A stretch of DNA of 37,342 nt, from positions 1 through 37,342 of the forward strand of contig SDNY01000025.1 in assembly GCA_004524535.1 (NCBI GenBank). The letters run 5' to 3'. Under the pieces are notes generated by a model. That model made no database searches. It saw only the letters and a list, made by a program, of their open reading frames with translations, and was not told the origin of the DNA. A program made the position numbers and the translations under genes. This DNA is from Promethearchaeota archaeon. Lineage in GTDB: Archaea > Asgardarchaeota > Lokiarchaeia > Sigyniarchaeales > SOKP01. Shown one piece after another: positions 28,729 through 37,342 of this stretch; the stretch's first letter is position 1; each line of letters begins with the position of its first letter.

Positions 28729-29838
28729 GATAAAACTTTTCTTAAAAACATCTATTTTTATACTAGAAAAATCATTTAGACTCATTACCTTAACATTTTC
28801 CAACAAATTGATTTTATCTAAATATCGCAACAATATATTATAATCTCTTTCATTTAAAATTAATATGTAAATTAAATATTTTGAACGATATCTCTTCAAT
28901 AATTTTAAAATTAATTCGAAGTCTAAATGGATAGTGGAAAAAAATAACGCTTTTTGCTCAATAAATAATAAGTTTTTATTCAATCTTTTAAATTTTATAT
29001 GTTTTTTTAATAAATTATATTCAAATTGCAAATTAAATTTGGATATATCTTGAAAATCGTATCTCTTTTCATTCCTAAATAATTCCGAGAAATTACTAAA
29101 AAAAAATAATTTATTAGAAATTTTAAATCTCCATAAAACAGAATAAATTTCTCTTAAGTTTATTTTTTGTTTTTCTAATAAATATTGATTAAAAAATTCA
29201 TTTATTTCATTTTCAATTTTAACATTAGATTTATTATTTTTTCTTTTATCAATAAAATAAGCGGTTATAATTAAATTACTACTATTATCCTTATTTAAAT
29301 TAAAAATCAAATGGCCATTTCGATTAAAACTTCTATTTAACTTTAAAAAATTATGAACAAAAGAATTTTTATTTTCAAGATTATTGAGATTAATTTTATA
29401 GAAGTTAAATATATCCTCTTTTATTATTATTGAATCATTCTTTTTCAAGAGAGATGTATCTGTATTAAAATTTCTTATTAATACATCTAAATACTTCTTT
29501 TCTAAGCGTTTATTTCTCAGGAATTGATATGTGCTCTTGCGTTTAATTATTTTTTGGTAAATCAAATTAAAAAGTTTGACGATTCTTTCTTTTCTATAAT
29601 CCTCGAAATTTAATATAAAAAATTTATTATCTTTTTGGCTAATATCTATTTGAATTGAATAATAATTTAGAAATCTTTTATTTAAATATTCATTAAGGAT
29701 TGGGATTAAGGGATAAAAATCTTTAGTTTCAACTATGGAAAAAGCTAAAATCTTTTTATTTCTATTGAAACTTGTATAAAAAATTAAATACTCTTCCACT
29801 ATATACGATAGTATTTTAAACTTACCTTTTCTTGCCAT
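28675..29838 (-). CDS. Hypothetical protein
   Basis: 387-aa ORF whose 3' end overlaps rpl23 convergently by 54 nt. Confidence 0.7.
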   Translation of the reverse strand: MARKGKFKILSYIVEEYLIFYTSFNRNKKILAFSIVETKDFYPLIPILNEYLNKRFLNYYSIQIDISQKDNKFFILNFEDYRKERIVKLFNLIYQKIIKRKSTYQFLRNKRLEKKYLDVLIRNFNTDTSLLKKNDSIIIKEDIFNFYKINLNNLENKNSFVHNFLKLNRSFNRNGHLIFNLNKDNSSNLIITAYFIDKRKNNKSNVKIENEINEFFNQYLLEKQKINLREIYSVLWRFKISNKLFFFSNFSELFRNEKRYDFQDISKFNLQFEYNLLKKHIKFKRLNKNLLFIEQKALFFSTIHLDFELILKLLKRYRSKYLIYILILNERDYNILLRYLDKINLLENVKVMSLNDFSSIKIDVFKKSFILKNAQIDGDILSRVVRM

Positions 29839-29886
29839 ATCATCAGAAATTTAAAATAGAATTATAAAAACATAGATTATTTATTT

Positions 29887-30519
29887 CTAATCATTTCCAT
29901 TTGAAATTTTAATTATTTTAATCTCATACTTAAATATCTTTAGGATCAAATATAATATCATTATTCCAATTATAATTGCTAAAATTATTGGAAAAAATAT
30001 AGAGATGTATCCAACATAAGGGATTACCAAGACAACTATACCCAAAACTTCTGTTTCTGAGATAAATATTACTTCTGAATCGTTATATTTTATAACAAAA
30101 TAATCATAATCATCTGTTTTATTTACAAATTTATAACCCCCGTCTGCTACTAAATTGTTATCTCCTTTAGTTTTGAAATACCATTTATTCCCAATTTTTT
30201 TCTTGTCAATAGCCCTGTGAATAATGGGAACATCTTTTATATTACTCCAAAAAATCGGATCGAAACCTTTTTCGTAGAAATATTCTGGACCCTTTAAAAT
30301 TAAGATATCTCCCTCTTTTTCATCAGCTTTAATATTTTCAGGAGATTTATCTCCACATATAATAAAATCACCAACATTTAATGTCGGAGCCATGGATTGA
30401 GTAGTAATAACATACATCCGATCTCTAATAATGATAAATGGTAATAGAATTAAGACAACTAAAATTGATAATTTGATGTAAAATTTTCTATTATTTCTTG
30501 AGTTTTTAATTCTAGCCAC
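29887..30519 (-). CDS. Signal peptidase I (S26B, Sec11-like)
   Basis: TQSMAPTLNVGD (Ser), PIIHR (His), TKGDNN, IPYVGY. Confidence 0.9.
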   Translation of the reverse strand: MARIKNSRNNRKFYIKLSILVVLILLPFIIIRDRMYVITTQSMAPTLNVGDFIICGDKSPENIKADEKEGDILILKGPEYFYEKGFDPIFWSNIKDVPIIHRAIDKKKIGNKWYFKTKGDNNLVADGGYKFVNKTDDYDYFVIKYNDSEVIFISETEVLGIVVLVIPYVGYISIFFPIILAIIIGIMILYLILKIFKYEIKIIKISNGND

Positions 30520-30579
30520 GATATTTTTTTTAAAAAAAACTTATAAAACCCAAGATTTTTTATTTAAATAAATAAAATA

Positions 30580-31866
30580 TTGCTAAAAGATAGAGTTTTG
30601 CTTAAATCTATAATTAAATTTCTAAGTAGTATAAATTCAGAGATTATTGTTCAAGCGCCTTCAAGAATTAATTTAATAAATCCTTTAGATGCTGTTGAAG
30701 GGGACTTCTGGATGCCCTCTGTAGCTATTAATGGTAGAGAGAATCCTTTATCTGCTTTTTTCTACATAAAAAAAAGGACTAATACGAGTAGAATAAAATT
30801 TTATGAGGTAAGAAAGGATTTAAACAAATACAATTTTAAAATAGAATATGAAGAAGGAATAAATAAAGATTTAAAGGACGTGAAGAGTAAATTTACTGGA
30901 AAGCTAAAATTATTTTATGCTAGTATATACAGATTTTATAAAACTAATTCTGTTTTTTGGGACAAATTTTTAAAGGAAAATCTTGAAATAGGAATACTCA
31001 CAACAATTCCTCAACAAAGTGGTTTGGGTGGTAGTACTGCAATAATTATATCTATACTTTACGGCTTTGCTAAATATTTTAATTTATACAATAATTTTTC
31101 TAACTTAAAGGAGACAGATTTTCCAATTAATAAAGATATAATAGCGGAAATGGCAACTAAAATTGAAGATGAAGATCTTAAAATAACCGCTGGATATTCA
31201 GACCGATACGTAATAAGTAGAGGAGGTTTGTGCTTTTGTTCTTACTATGGAAAATTATTCCATAAAGAACTTTCAATGGAACCATTGGCTATTTACGATA
31301 GAATTGATAATACTTATAATATTTCAAAATTGCCTATAATTATTTGCTTTTCAGGCACTCATCATAAAAGTGGAGATGTTCATTGTAAGTTGAGAAAGAA
31401 ATATTTACAAAACGAGCCAAAAATTCTAAAACTCTATGAAAAACTTTCAGAAATTGCATGGAAATCACGATTCGCTTTAATGAGTCAAAATTGGAAACTT
31501 TTAGGAAAATATTTTGAGGAAAATACAAATATAATGAATCTCGTTATGAGAGAAACTGGATTTGAATATGGCATTGGGGCAGTAAATAACATTTTAATTA
31601 AACTAGTAAAAGATCATCCCGATGTTTATGCTGCTAAATTGACTGGGGCAGGCGGAGGGGGTTCTGTTTTTGCTTTGGTGAATCCTGGTAAAATGGAGGG
31701 TGTTTTAAGCTATTGGAAGAAAAAATTGAATGAAATCGTTAGAAATGAAAATACATTTAAGTCTAAATTCCCATCTTATCCTTTAACCATTAGATCGCAA
31801 CTTAAAAATGCTGAATTTTTTCGAATTGAAATAAATCAAAGTGGTGTCTCTACTCTCAAAATTTAA
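30580..31866 (+). CDS. GHMP kinase superfamily protein (sugar/mevalonate kinase-like)
   Basis: APSRINL, IPQQSGLGGS, AKLTGAGGGGS. Confidence 0.88.
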   Translation: MLKDRVLLKSIIKFLSSINSEIIVQAPSRINLINPLDAVEGDFWMPSVAINGRENPLSAFFYIKKRTNTSRIKFYEVRKDLNKYNFKIEYEEGINKDLKDVKSKFTGKLKLFYASIYRFYKTNSVFWDKFLKENLEIGILTTIPQQSGLGGSTAIIISILYGFAKYFNLYNNFSNLKETDFPINKDIIAEMATKIEDEDLKITAGYSDRYVISRGGLCFCSYYGKLFHKELSMEPLAIYDRIDNTYNISKLPIIICFSGTHHKSGDVHCKLRKKYLQNEPKILKLYEKLSEIAWKSRFALMSQNWKLLGKYFEENTNIMNLVMRETGFEYGIGAVNNILIKLVKDHPDVYAAKLTGAGGGGSVFALVNPGKMEGVLSYWKKKLNEIVRNENTFKSKFPSYPLTIRSQLKNAEFFRIEINQSGVSTLKI

Positions 31867-31934
31867 GATAAATAAAAAAAATTATTATGAATTAAACACT
31901 TTTATAAAAAAAAGAATAAATGGAAGAATAAATA

Positions 31935-32147
31935 TTGAGCAAATTCGAAAGATACAAGAAAAAAGGGGATTCTTATTACGTATACCCCCATAAACATTGT
32001 CAAAAATGTGGGCAAATGATTGATGAATCTTTAACTTACTGCCCCCAATGTTATGCGATAATTCAGGAAAAAAAAAAGAAAAAGAAGTTCCGAAAAAAGA
32101 AAGATACTGACGAGTCTTCAAATGAAAAAGAAATAAAAAAGGACTAG
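31935..32147 (+). CDS. DUF2116-like Zn-ribbon protein
   Basis: PHKHCQKCG...YCPQC followed by a Lys-rich tail. Confidence 0.75.
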   Translation: MSKFERYKKKGDSYYVYPHKHCQKCGQMIDESLTYCPQCYAIIQEKKKKKKFRKKKDTDESSNEKEIKKD

Positions 32148-33856
32148 TTAATATCTAATCGATCTAAGAGCCAATTTTTATCTAATAATGAAAGAAATGG
32201 ACCTAATCGAGGTCCAAACTTTTTTCCAATAATTATCAGATATATTCCTTCAAACATTTTTTTAGGAGATATTTTTAAGTCCTCTTTTGCAATAGTGAAA
32301 ATCTTATTTTGAATTGATTCTGCTTCAATTTCTTGGTTTTCCAAGAGATATTTTCTCAAAAGATTAAAACCTTTTATTTGATCTGGATTCAACTTATTTT
32401 TCAATATATTTTTATCGATATTTTTTAGAATGGTGAATATTGTAACTTTTTGCAACATATTACGCTTTAATCTTTCGTCTTTCTCATTTTCAATTAACAA
32501 TTTAAACTCTTCAATCCAATTTTTTGTACGGTTAAGAATAAATTCGAATTTTTCAATTGTAATAGCCGCCTCAGGATTCTCATATTTCATTACTGATCTT
32601 GCTTTTTCATAAAGTTTTTCAATACTTAAAATATCTTGAATTTGTGAAAGAAAAATTAAGAGTTTTAATGACATTCTTTCAGGTTTTTTAGCAGAAATCC
32701 CATTTATAATAGTTAATGGGTACATATAATCATAAAAATCTTTCTCTTCTTTTGTTTCCCCTCTTTCAAGATTATAATAAATTCTTTCCATTCTATCATA
32801 ATAATCATAATATTGAGGAATTTCTTCAAGCCTCAATGATATATGTTTCATAGGATTAGTTCTTAAAATTAACATTCTATATAATGCAGGATCTGCAATC
32901 TCTAAATATTTTCTAGGTATAAAAACGATACCTTTTGATGTCTTCATATCACGATCACCTAATCTTAACCATTCATATGCAACTTTTACTGGACCTTCAT
33001 ATCCAAAAATCTTTTGACAGAGTTCTAATCCTGTATCATAAGATCCTCCTTTAACGCAATGATCTTTACCAGCAGGTTCACACGCGGTTTTGAAAAGAGC
33101 CCATTTTGCAGGCCAATCAATACGCCAATTCAATTTTAATTTGCCGCTATAAATCGATATTTCATCCTTATGATTACAAGCCGGACATATGTAAGTTACG
33201 TTTTCCTTTACGGCATCATACGTAAGTACTCTATTAGGTTTTATTGAACCATCTTTATTACGGGATTGAATTTTATTGCATTTTTCACAAATTACCATAA
33301 CAGGCATCCAAGTTTTTTGCATTTCGATAAATTCTTTTTTCCTCTCATCATCTAAGGTTGGTAAAATGTATTTTCTCAAGATTTTTTTTATTTTTTTATT
33401 ATTTTCAAGGGAGATTTTTATTTTTTCTTGCATTTCTTTTGTTCTATAAAGCTTGTGTGTCCAAATCACTCTATTTTTTATTCCAAAATCAATGAAAGTA
33501 GAAATTAATTCATTTCCAAAATGATGCCCATAGCTTTCGCAATTGCATTCTTTGAATGGACAAGGAATTAATGAAAAAGGTTTTCCTCGATGTTCTTTTT
33601 GAAATGTTGAATCGATATATTCTGGGAATCTTTTTGCTGCATCAAGATCATCTAGGAATAAAAGAGAGTTAACTTTTTTATTATTCTCCTCAAAAATTCT
33701 TCTTAATGCATCACAAATTATTATTTCTCGTAAAATTCCAATATGAATATGACCTGAAGGAGTTTTACCAGTAGCCAAGGTTATCTCAGATGTATTTTTC
33801 TCTGATAATTTATTTGCAATTTCTTCCAACCAATGAACCGGAAATTTTTTGCTCAA
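32144..33856 (-). CDS. lysS: Lysine--tRNA ligase, class I
   Basis: TPSGHIHIG (HIGH), KLNWRIDWPAKW, EPAGKDH, MKTSKG, GPRLGPF. Confidence 0.96.
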   Translation of the reverse strand: MSKKFPVHWLEEIANKLSEKNTSEITLATGKTPSGHIHIGILREIIICDALRRIFEENNKKVNSLLFLDDLDAAKRFPEYIDSTFQKEHRGKPFSLIPCPFKECNCESYGHHFGNELISTFIDFGIKNRVIWTHKLYRTKEMQEKIKISLENNKKIKKILRKYILPTLDDERKKEFIEMQKTWMPVMVICEKCNKIQSRNKDGSIKPNRVLTYDAVKENVTYICPACNHKDEISIYSGKLKLNWRIDWPAKWALFKTACEPAGKDHCVKGGSYDTGLELCQKIFGYEGPVKVAYEWLRLGDRDMKTSKGIVFIPRKYLEIADPALYRMLILRTNPMKHISLRLEEIPQYYDYYDRMERIYYNLERGETKEEKDFYDYMYPLTIINGISAKKPERMSLKLLIFLSQIQDILSIEKLYEKARSVMKYENPEAAITIEKFEFILNRTKNWIEEFKLLIENEKDERLKRNMLQKVTIFTILKNIDKNILKNKLNPDQIKGFNLLRKYLLENQEIEAESIQNKIFTIAKEDLKISPKKMFEGIYLIIIGKKFGPRLGPFLSLLDKNWLLDRLDIN

Positions 33857-33944
33857 TTCTATTTTACCTTTCCGCCTAAACTTTAGTTTAATTAATAATA
33901 AAAATTATTTATCATTTTTCATTTTATTTTATAGTGAAAAGTTT

Positions 33945-35765
33945 ATGAGAATTGCTGTTGTTAATAAAGACTTATGTAAGCCGGATAAATGTAGCCCCTT
34001 CGGTGAAAAACCTTGCATAAAATACTGTCCAAGAGTAAGAACTGGAGATAAAACTATTGTTTTGAATGAAAAAATAAATAAAATTGAAATAACTGAAAGT
34101 CTGTGTTCAGGGAGTGGAATTTGTGTAAAAAAATGCCCTTTTAATGCTATATCCATTGTAAACTTACCCGATCCCTTAAAAAACGAAATTACATACAGAT
34201 ATGGAAAAGATCAATTTTCACTATTCCGAATGGCGATTCCTAAGAAGGGAAAAGTACTTGGGTTAATAGGTCAAAATGGGATAGGAAAAAGTACGATGCT
34301 AAGAATTTTATCTGGTGATATAGAAATAAATTTTGGACGATTTGGCGATGATATTCCGGATAAGGATGAAATTATAAATTTTTTTAAAGGATCTGAACTT
34401 CAACAATATTTCACAGATATAAAAAACAATAAAGTTAAAATTGTTCATAAACCGCAGAATATCACGGTCATTCCTAATTTTATATCTGGAAGAGTATATG
34501 ACCTTTTAAAGAAAAATGATATTGAAGATAACTTAGATAAGATTTCAGAAAGATTGAATTTAACCGAGATCTTGGACAGAAAGATCTCTGTTTTGTCAGG
34601 TGGTGAATTGCAACGAGTTGCTATAGCTGCTGCGTATTTAAGAGACGGAGATGTATACCTTATAGATGAACCTAGCTCTTATTTAGATGTTAGTGAAAGA
34701 ATTAGTATGGCTAAATTAATTCGATCTTTAACTGATAAAAATAAAACTATTATTGTTGTTGAGCATGATTTAGCAATACTTGATTATTTAAGTGATTATG
34801 TCTCTTTATTTTATGGTATGCCTGGTGTGTATGGGATCATTTCCCACCCACAAGGAGTAAGGGTGGGTATTAATATATATCTCCACGGCTATATTAAAGA
34901 TGAAAACTTACGGATTAGAGAAAATCCTGTTATATTTCATGAACGTCCTCCTCAATCTTCTATGTTTGATACGGGAGATGTTATTTACACATATGAAAAT
35001 TTAGAAAAAACTTTAGGAAATTTTCATTTAAATGTTTCTGGAAGTGAAATTCACGCTGGAGAAATCATAGGTATCCTAGGCCCCAATGGAATAGGTAAAT
35101 CAACATTTATTAATTTAATTGCAAATAAAATTGAAGCAAATCATAATGGAGAAATAGAATCCGATGAGGAAGAAAATAAGCAGTTAAGAGTATCAATTAA
35201 GCCACAATATATTAATTATGAAAGTGATGGGCTAGTAAAAGATATTATAGTTGATGTTAAATTGGCACCTCATCTAAGTCAATCATACAAGAAAAGATTA
35301 GTTAATAATTTAGATCTATCTAATATTGAGGAAAGGTATATTTCTGAATTAAGTGGGGGGGAACTACAACGAATTGCTATTGCCAAATGTTTATCAAAAG
35401 AAGCCGAAATTTATTTACTTGATGAACCATCTGCTTTTTTAGACGTAGAAAGGAGATTACAAGTTGCTCAATTACTAAGAAAATCAATTGAAGAACTAAA
35501 AAAAGCTGCTTTTGTTGTAGAACATGATATTATTACTCAAGATTTTATTGCAGATTCAATTTTGGTATTTGATGGTACACCTGGCTTAGAGGGAAACGCT
35601 TTGCCTCCTCAAAATTTAAGAGATGGATTTAACTTATTTTTAAAAATAATGGGAATCACATTTAGGAGAGATTCTGTAAGCAATAGACCGCGTGTTAATA
35701 AATTAGGAAGTAAAAAGGATGTATATCAAAAAAGAATAAATGAATATTATTATATTCCTAATTAA
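33945..35765 (+). CDS. rli: Ribosome recycling ATPase ABCE1/RLI1
   Basis: Fe-S domain MRIAVVNKDLCKPDKC...CVKKCPF and two ABC domains (GQNGIGKS, LSGGELQR; GPNGIGKS). The likely start is ATG 33945. Confidence 0.96.
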   Translation: MRIAVVNKDLCKPDKCSPFGEKPCIKYCPRVRTGDKTIVLNEKINKIEITESLCSGSGICVKKCPFNAISIVNLPDPLKNEITYRYGKDQFSLFRMAIPKKGKVLGLIGQNGIGKSTMLRILSGDIEINFGRFGDDIPDKDEIINFFKGSELQQYFTDIKNNKVKIVHKPQNITVIPNFISGRVYDLLKKNDIEDNLDKISERLNLTEILDRKISVLSGGELQRVAIAAAYLRDGDVYLIDEPSSYLDVSERISMAKLIRSLTDKNKTIIVVEHDLAILDYLSDYVSLFYGMPGVYGIISHPQGVRVGINIYLHGYIKDENLRIRENPVIFHERPPQSSMFDTGDVIYTYENLEKTLGNFHLNVSGSEIHAGEIIGILGPNGIGKSTFINLIANKIEANHNGEIESDEEENKQLRVSIKPQYINYESDGLVKDIIVDVKLAPHLSQSYKKRLVNNLDLSNIEERYISELSGGELQRIAIAKCLSKEAEIYLLDEPSAFLDVERRLQVAQLLRKSIEELKKAAFVVEHDIITQDFIADSILVFDGTPGLEGNALPPQNLRDGFNLFLKIMGITFRRDSVSNRPRVNKLGSKKDVYQKRINEYYYIPN

Positions 35766-35770
35766 AATTT

Positions 35771-36793
35771 TTAATTGATATATTTTGCTTGACCTGCTGA
35801 GCCTAAAACTACTTTGTTTTTTCTTTTAATCATTTCAATTAATTCCTGACGAGCAGGGCCAAGGTATTGTCGTGGATCAAAATGATTTGGATGTTCAGCA
35901 AGATATTTTCTTACCATCGCAGTTACTACTAGCCTTCCATCTGTATCAATGTTTATTTTACTCACACCGAATTGTGTAGCTTTTCTTAATTGTTCTTCGG
36001 GAATTCCAAATGCTTTTTCTAAGGCTCCTCCATTTTGATTTATCATATCAACATACTTTTTTAATACAGAGGATGATCCATGCAATACTATAGGGAAGTT
36101 CCCAAGACGTTTTCTTACGTCTTCTAGAATATCAAATCTTAATTCAGGAATATCTTCTTCTTTTTCCACTTTAAATTTATATGCTCCATGAGAAGTACCT
36201 ATAGCAATTGCCAGAGATCCAGCACAATTGGAATTCGACCATAACTCTTTTAAACCTGTTCTTGTTACAAAATCTTCAACTTGTTCAGGATCAGTGTAAT
36301 GATGCTCTTCAGATTTAACATGTTCTTCAATTCCGGCAAGAATTCCTAATTCACCTTCCACGCTGACATCTCTCTCTCTCGCATATTCAACTACTTGTGT
36401 TGTAATCTTAATATTTTCTTCATAAGGCAAATGACTCCCATCAAACATGACACTGGAAAATCCACTATCGATACATGATTTGCAAAGGTCAAAAGAATTA
36501 CCATGATCTAAATGTAATGCAATTGGTATATTAAATCCTAATTCTTTTGCCATCTCAACCCCTCCTTGCCCTAAATAACGTAACATAGTTTGATTAGCAT
36601 ATGCTCGTGCTCCCTGAGATATTTGAATAATAACAGGAGATTGGCTTTCTCCACAGCCTATAATTATTGCTTGTAACTGTTCTAAATTATTAATATTGTA
36701 GCCAGGTACAGCAAACTTTCTTTCTAATGCGCTTTCAAACATTTTTCGAGTATTTACTAATCCTAATTCTTTAAATGATATCATTTTTCTCAA
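35771..36793 (-). CDS. fba: Fructose-1,6-bisphosphate aldolase class II
   Basis: ALHLDHG, GFSSVMFDGS, VEGELG, AIGTSHGAYK, VLHGSS, KINIDTD. Confidence 0.95.
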   Translation of the reverse strand: MRKMISFKELGLVNTRKMFESALERKFAVPGYNINNLEQLQAIIIGCGESQSPVIIQISQGARAYANQTMLRYLGQGGVEMAKELGFNIPIALHLDHGNSFDLCKSCIDSGFSSVMFDGSHLPYEENIKITTQVVEYARERDVSVEGELGILAGIEEHVKSEEHHYTDPEQVEDFVTRTGLKELWSNSNCAGSLAIAIGTSHGAYKFKVEKEEDIPELRFDILEDVRKRLGNFPIVLHGSSSVLKKYVDMINQNGGALEKAFGIPEEQLRKATQFGVSKINIDTDGRLVVTAMVRKYLAEHPNHFDPRQYLGPARQELIEMIKRKNKVVLGSAGQAKYIN

Positions 36794-37159
36794 AATTTTA
36801 TTTTTTTTTATATTTTTTAAAAGTTATATTTATTATTTAGATTTTTATAGTCTTCAATTTCCATTGCAATTTTTAATATAAATAATTTTTTAATCAATTT
36901 CACAAGAAAATCAAAACGAATAATTATTTAATAAATTTATTTATATAAAATTAAAGATTTTTTTAATGGGGTTTATTTTATAATATTCTAGACTATTTTA
37001 ATTTAACATTATTTTATAAAAATTTTGCAATCGAAGAAAAGGTGTTTTATATATTATTATCAATAAAAAATTAAAGATAATTTTTAATTTACCTTCTTTT
37101 TTTTAAATCTTCAATCACCTTTAAACTTTAATCCGACATTATTCTTTTATTTTCTCAGT

Positions 37160-37342
37160 TCAAATCAATAATTTATACGAGGTTTTATGGAGCATTTGAG
37201 GGGAAAAAGATAATTCGTCTAACACTTCTTTCAAGATCAAGGGACATTCACGAACCGTGAAATAATAGGTAAGCAAGAGACGCCAATATTCTAAATCCCT
37301 CTTACCCCGGAAATCAATAAGTTTTTTAAGCACCGAAAATAT
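37160..37342 (-). mobile_element. 3' end of a gene that runs off the window, possibly an IS transposase
   Basis: Open frame ...IFSVLKKLIDFRGKRDLEYWRLLLTYYF...LLI*. The FSxxK...RGxR pattern resembles the helix after the catalytic Glu of DDE transposases. GC is higher than in the flank. Confidence 0.4.

Noticed and set aside
33849-33944. 32-aa N-terminal extension of ABCE1
   Set aside because: The family begins at MRIAVV (ATG 33945), and the extension spans the divergent promoter region shared with lysS.
2201-34156. Short ORFs nested in host genes (2201, 5767, 8708, 20775, 28476, 31340, 31885, 32430, 33929)
   Set aside because: They overlap well-supported genes antisense or out of frame and carry no motifs.

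Overview
AT-rich archaeal chromosomal window that most resembles Asgard archaea (Lokiarchaeia-like). The assignment is inferred from an archaeal 16S rRNA, class I LysRS, S17e, a Roadblock/small-GTPase pair, a V4R protein and a TFB paralog. The host part carries a partial 16S rRNA, an intron-containing tRNA-Glu(CTC), leuA-like, cdc6/orc1, a Tad/type IV pilus locus, rpl3-rpl4-rpl23, lysS, ABCE1 and fba. Two things stand out. (1) An ~8.3 kb integrase-free, virus-like element (about 12076-20370) has two tandem HUH rolling-circle Rep paralogs, one of which lacks the catalytic Tyr. It also has a putative membrane/capsid/spike module, 10-bp terminal inverted repeats, and a pair of inverted recombinase-like sites that share a 6-bp spacer. 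(2) An unannotated 36-aa Leu-rich leader ORF with mutually exclusive RNA pairings lies directly upstream of leuA, which makes it a candidate ribosome-sensing leucine attenuator in an archaeon. All calls come from reading motifs by eye; no database searches were run.
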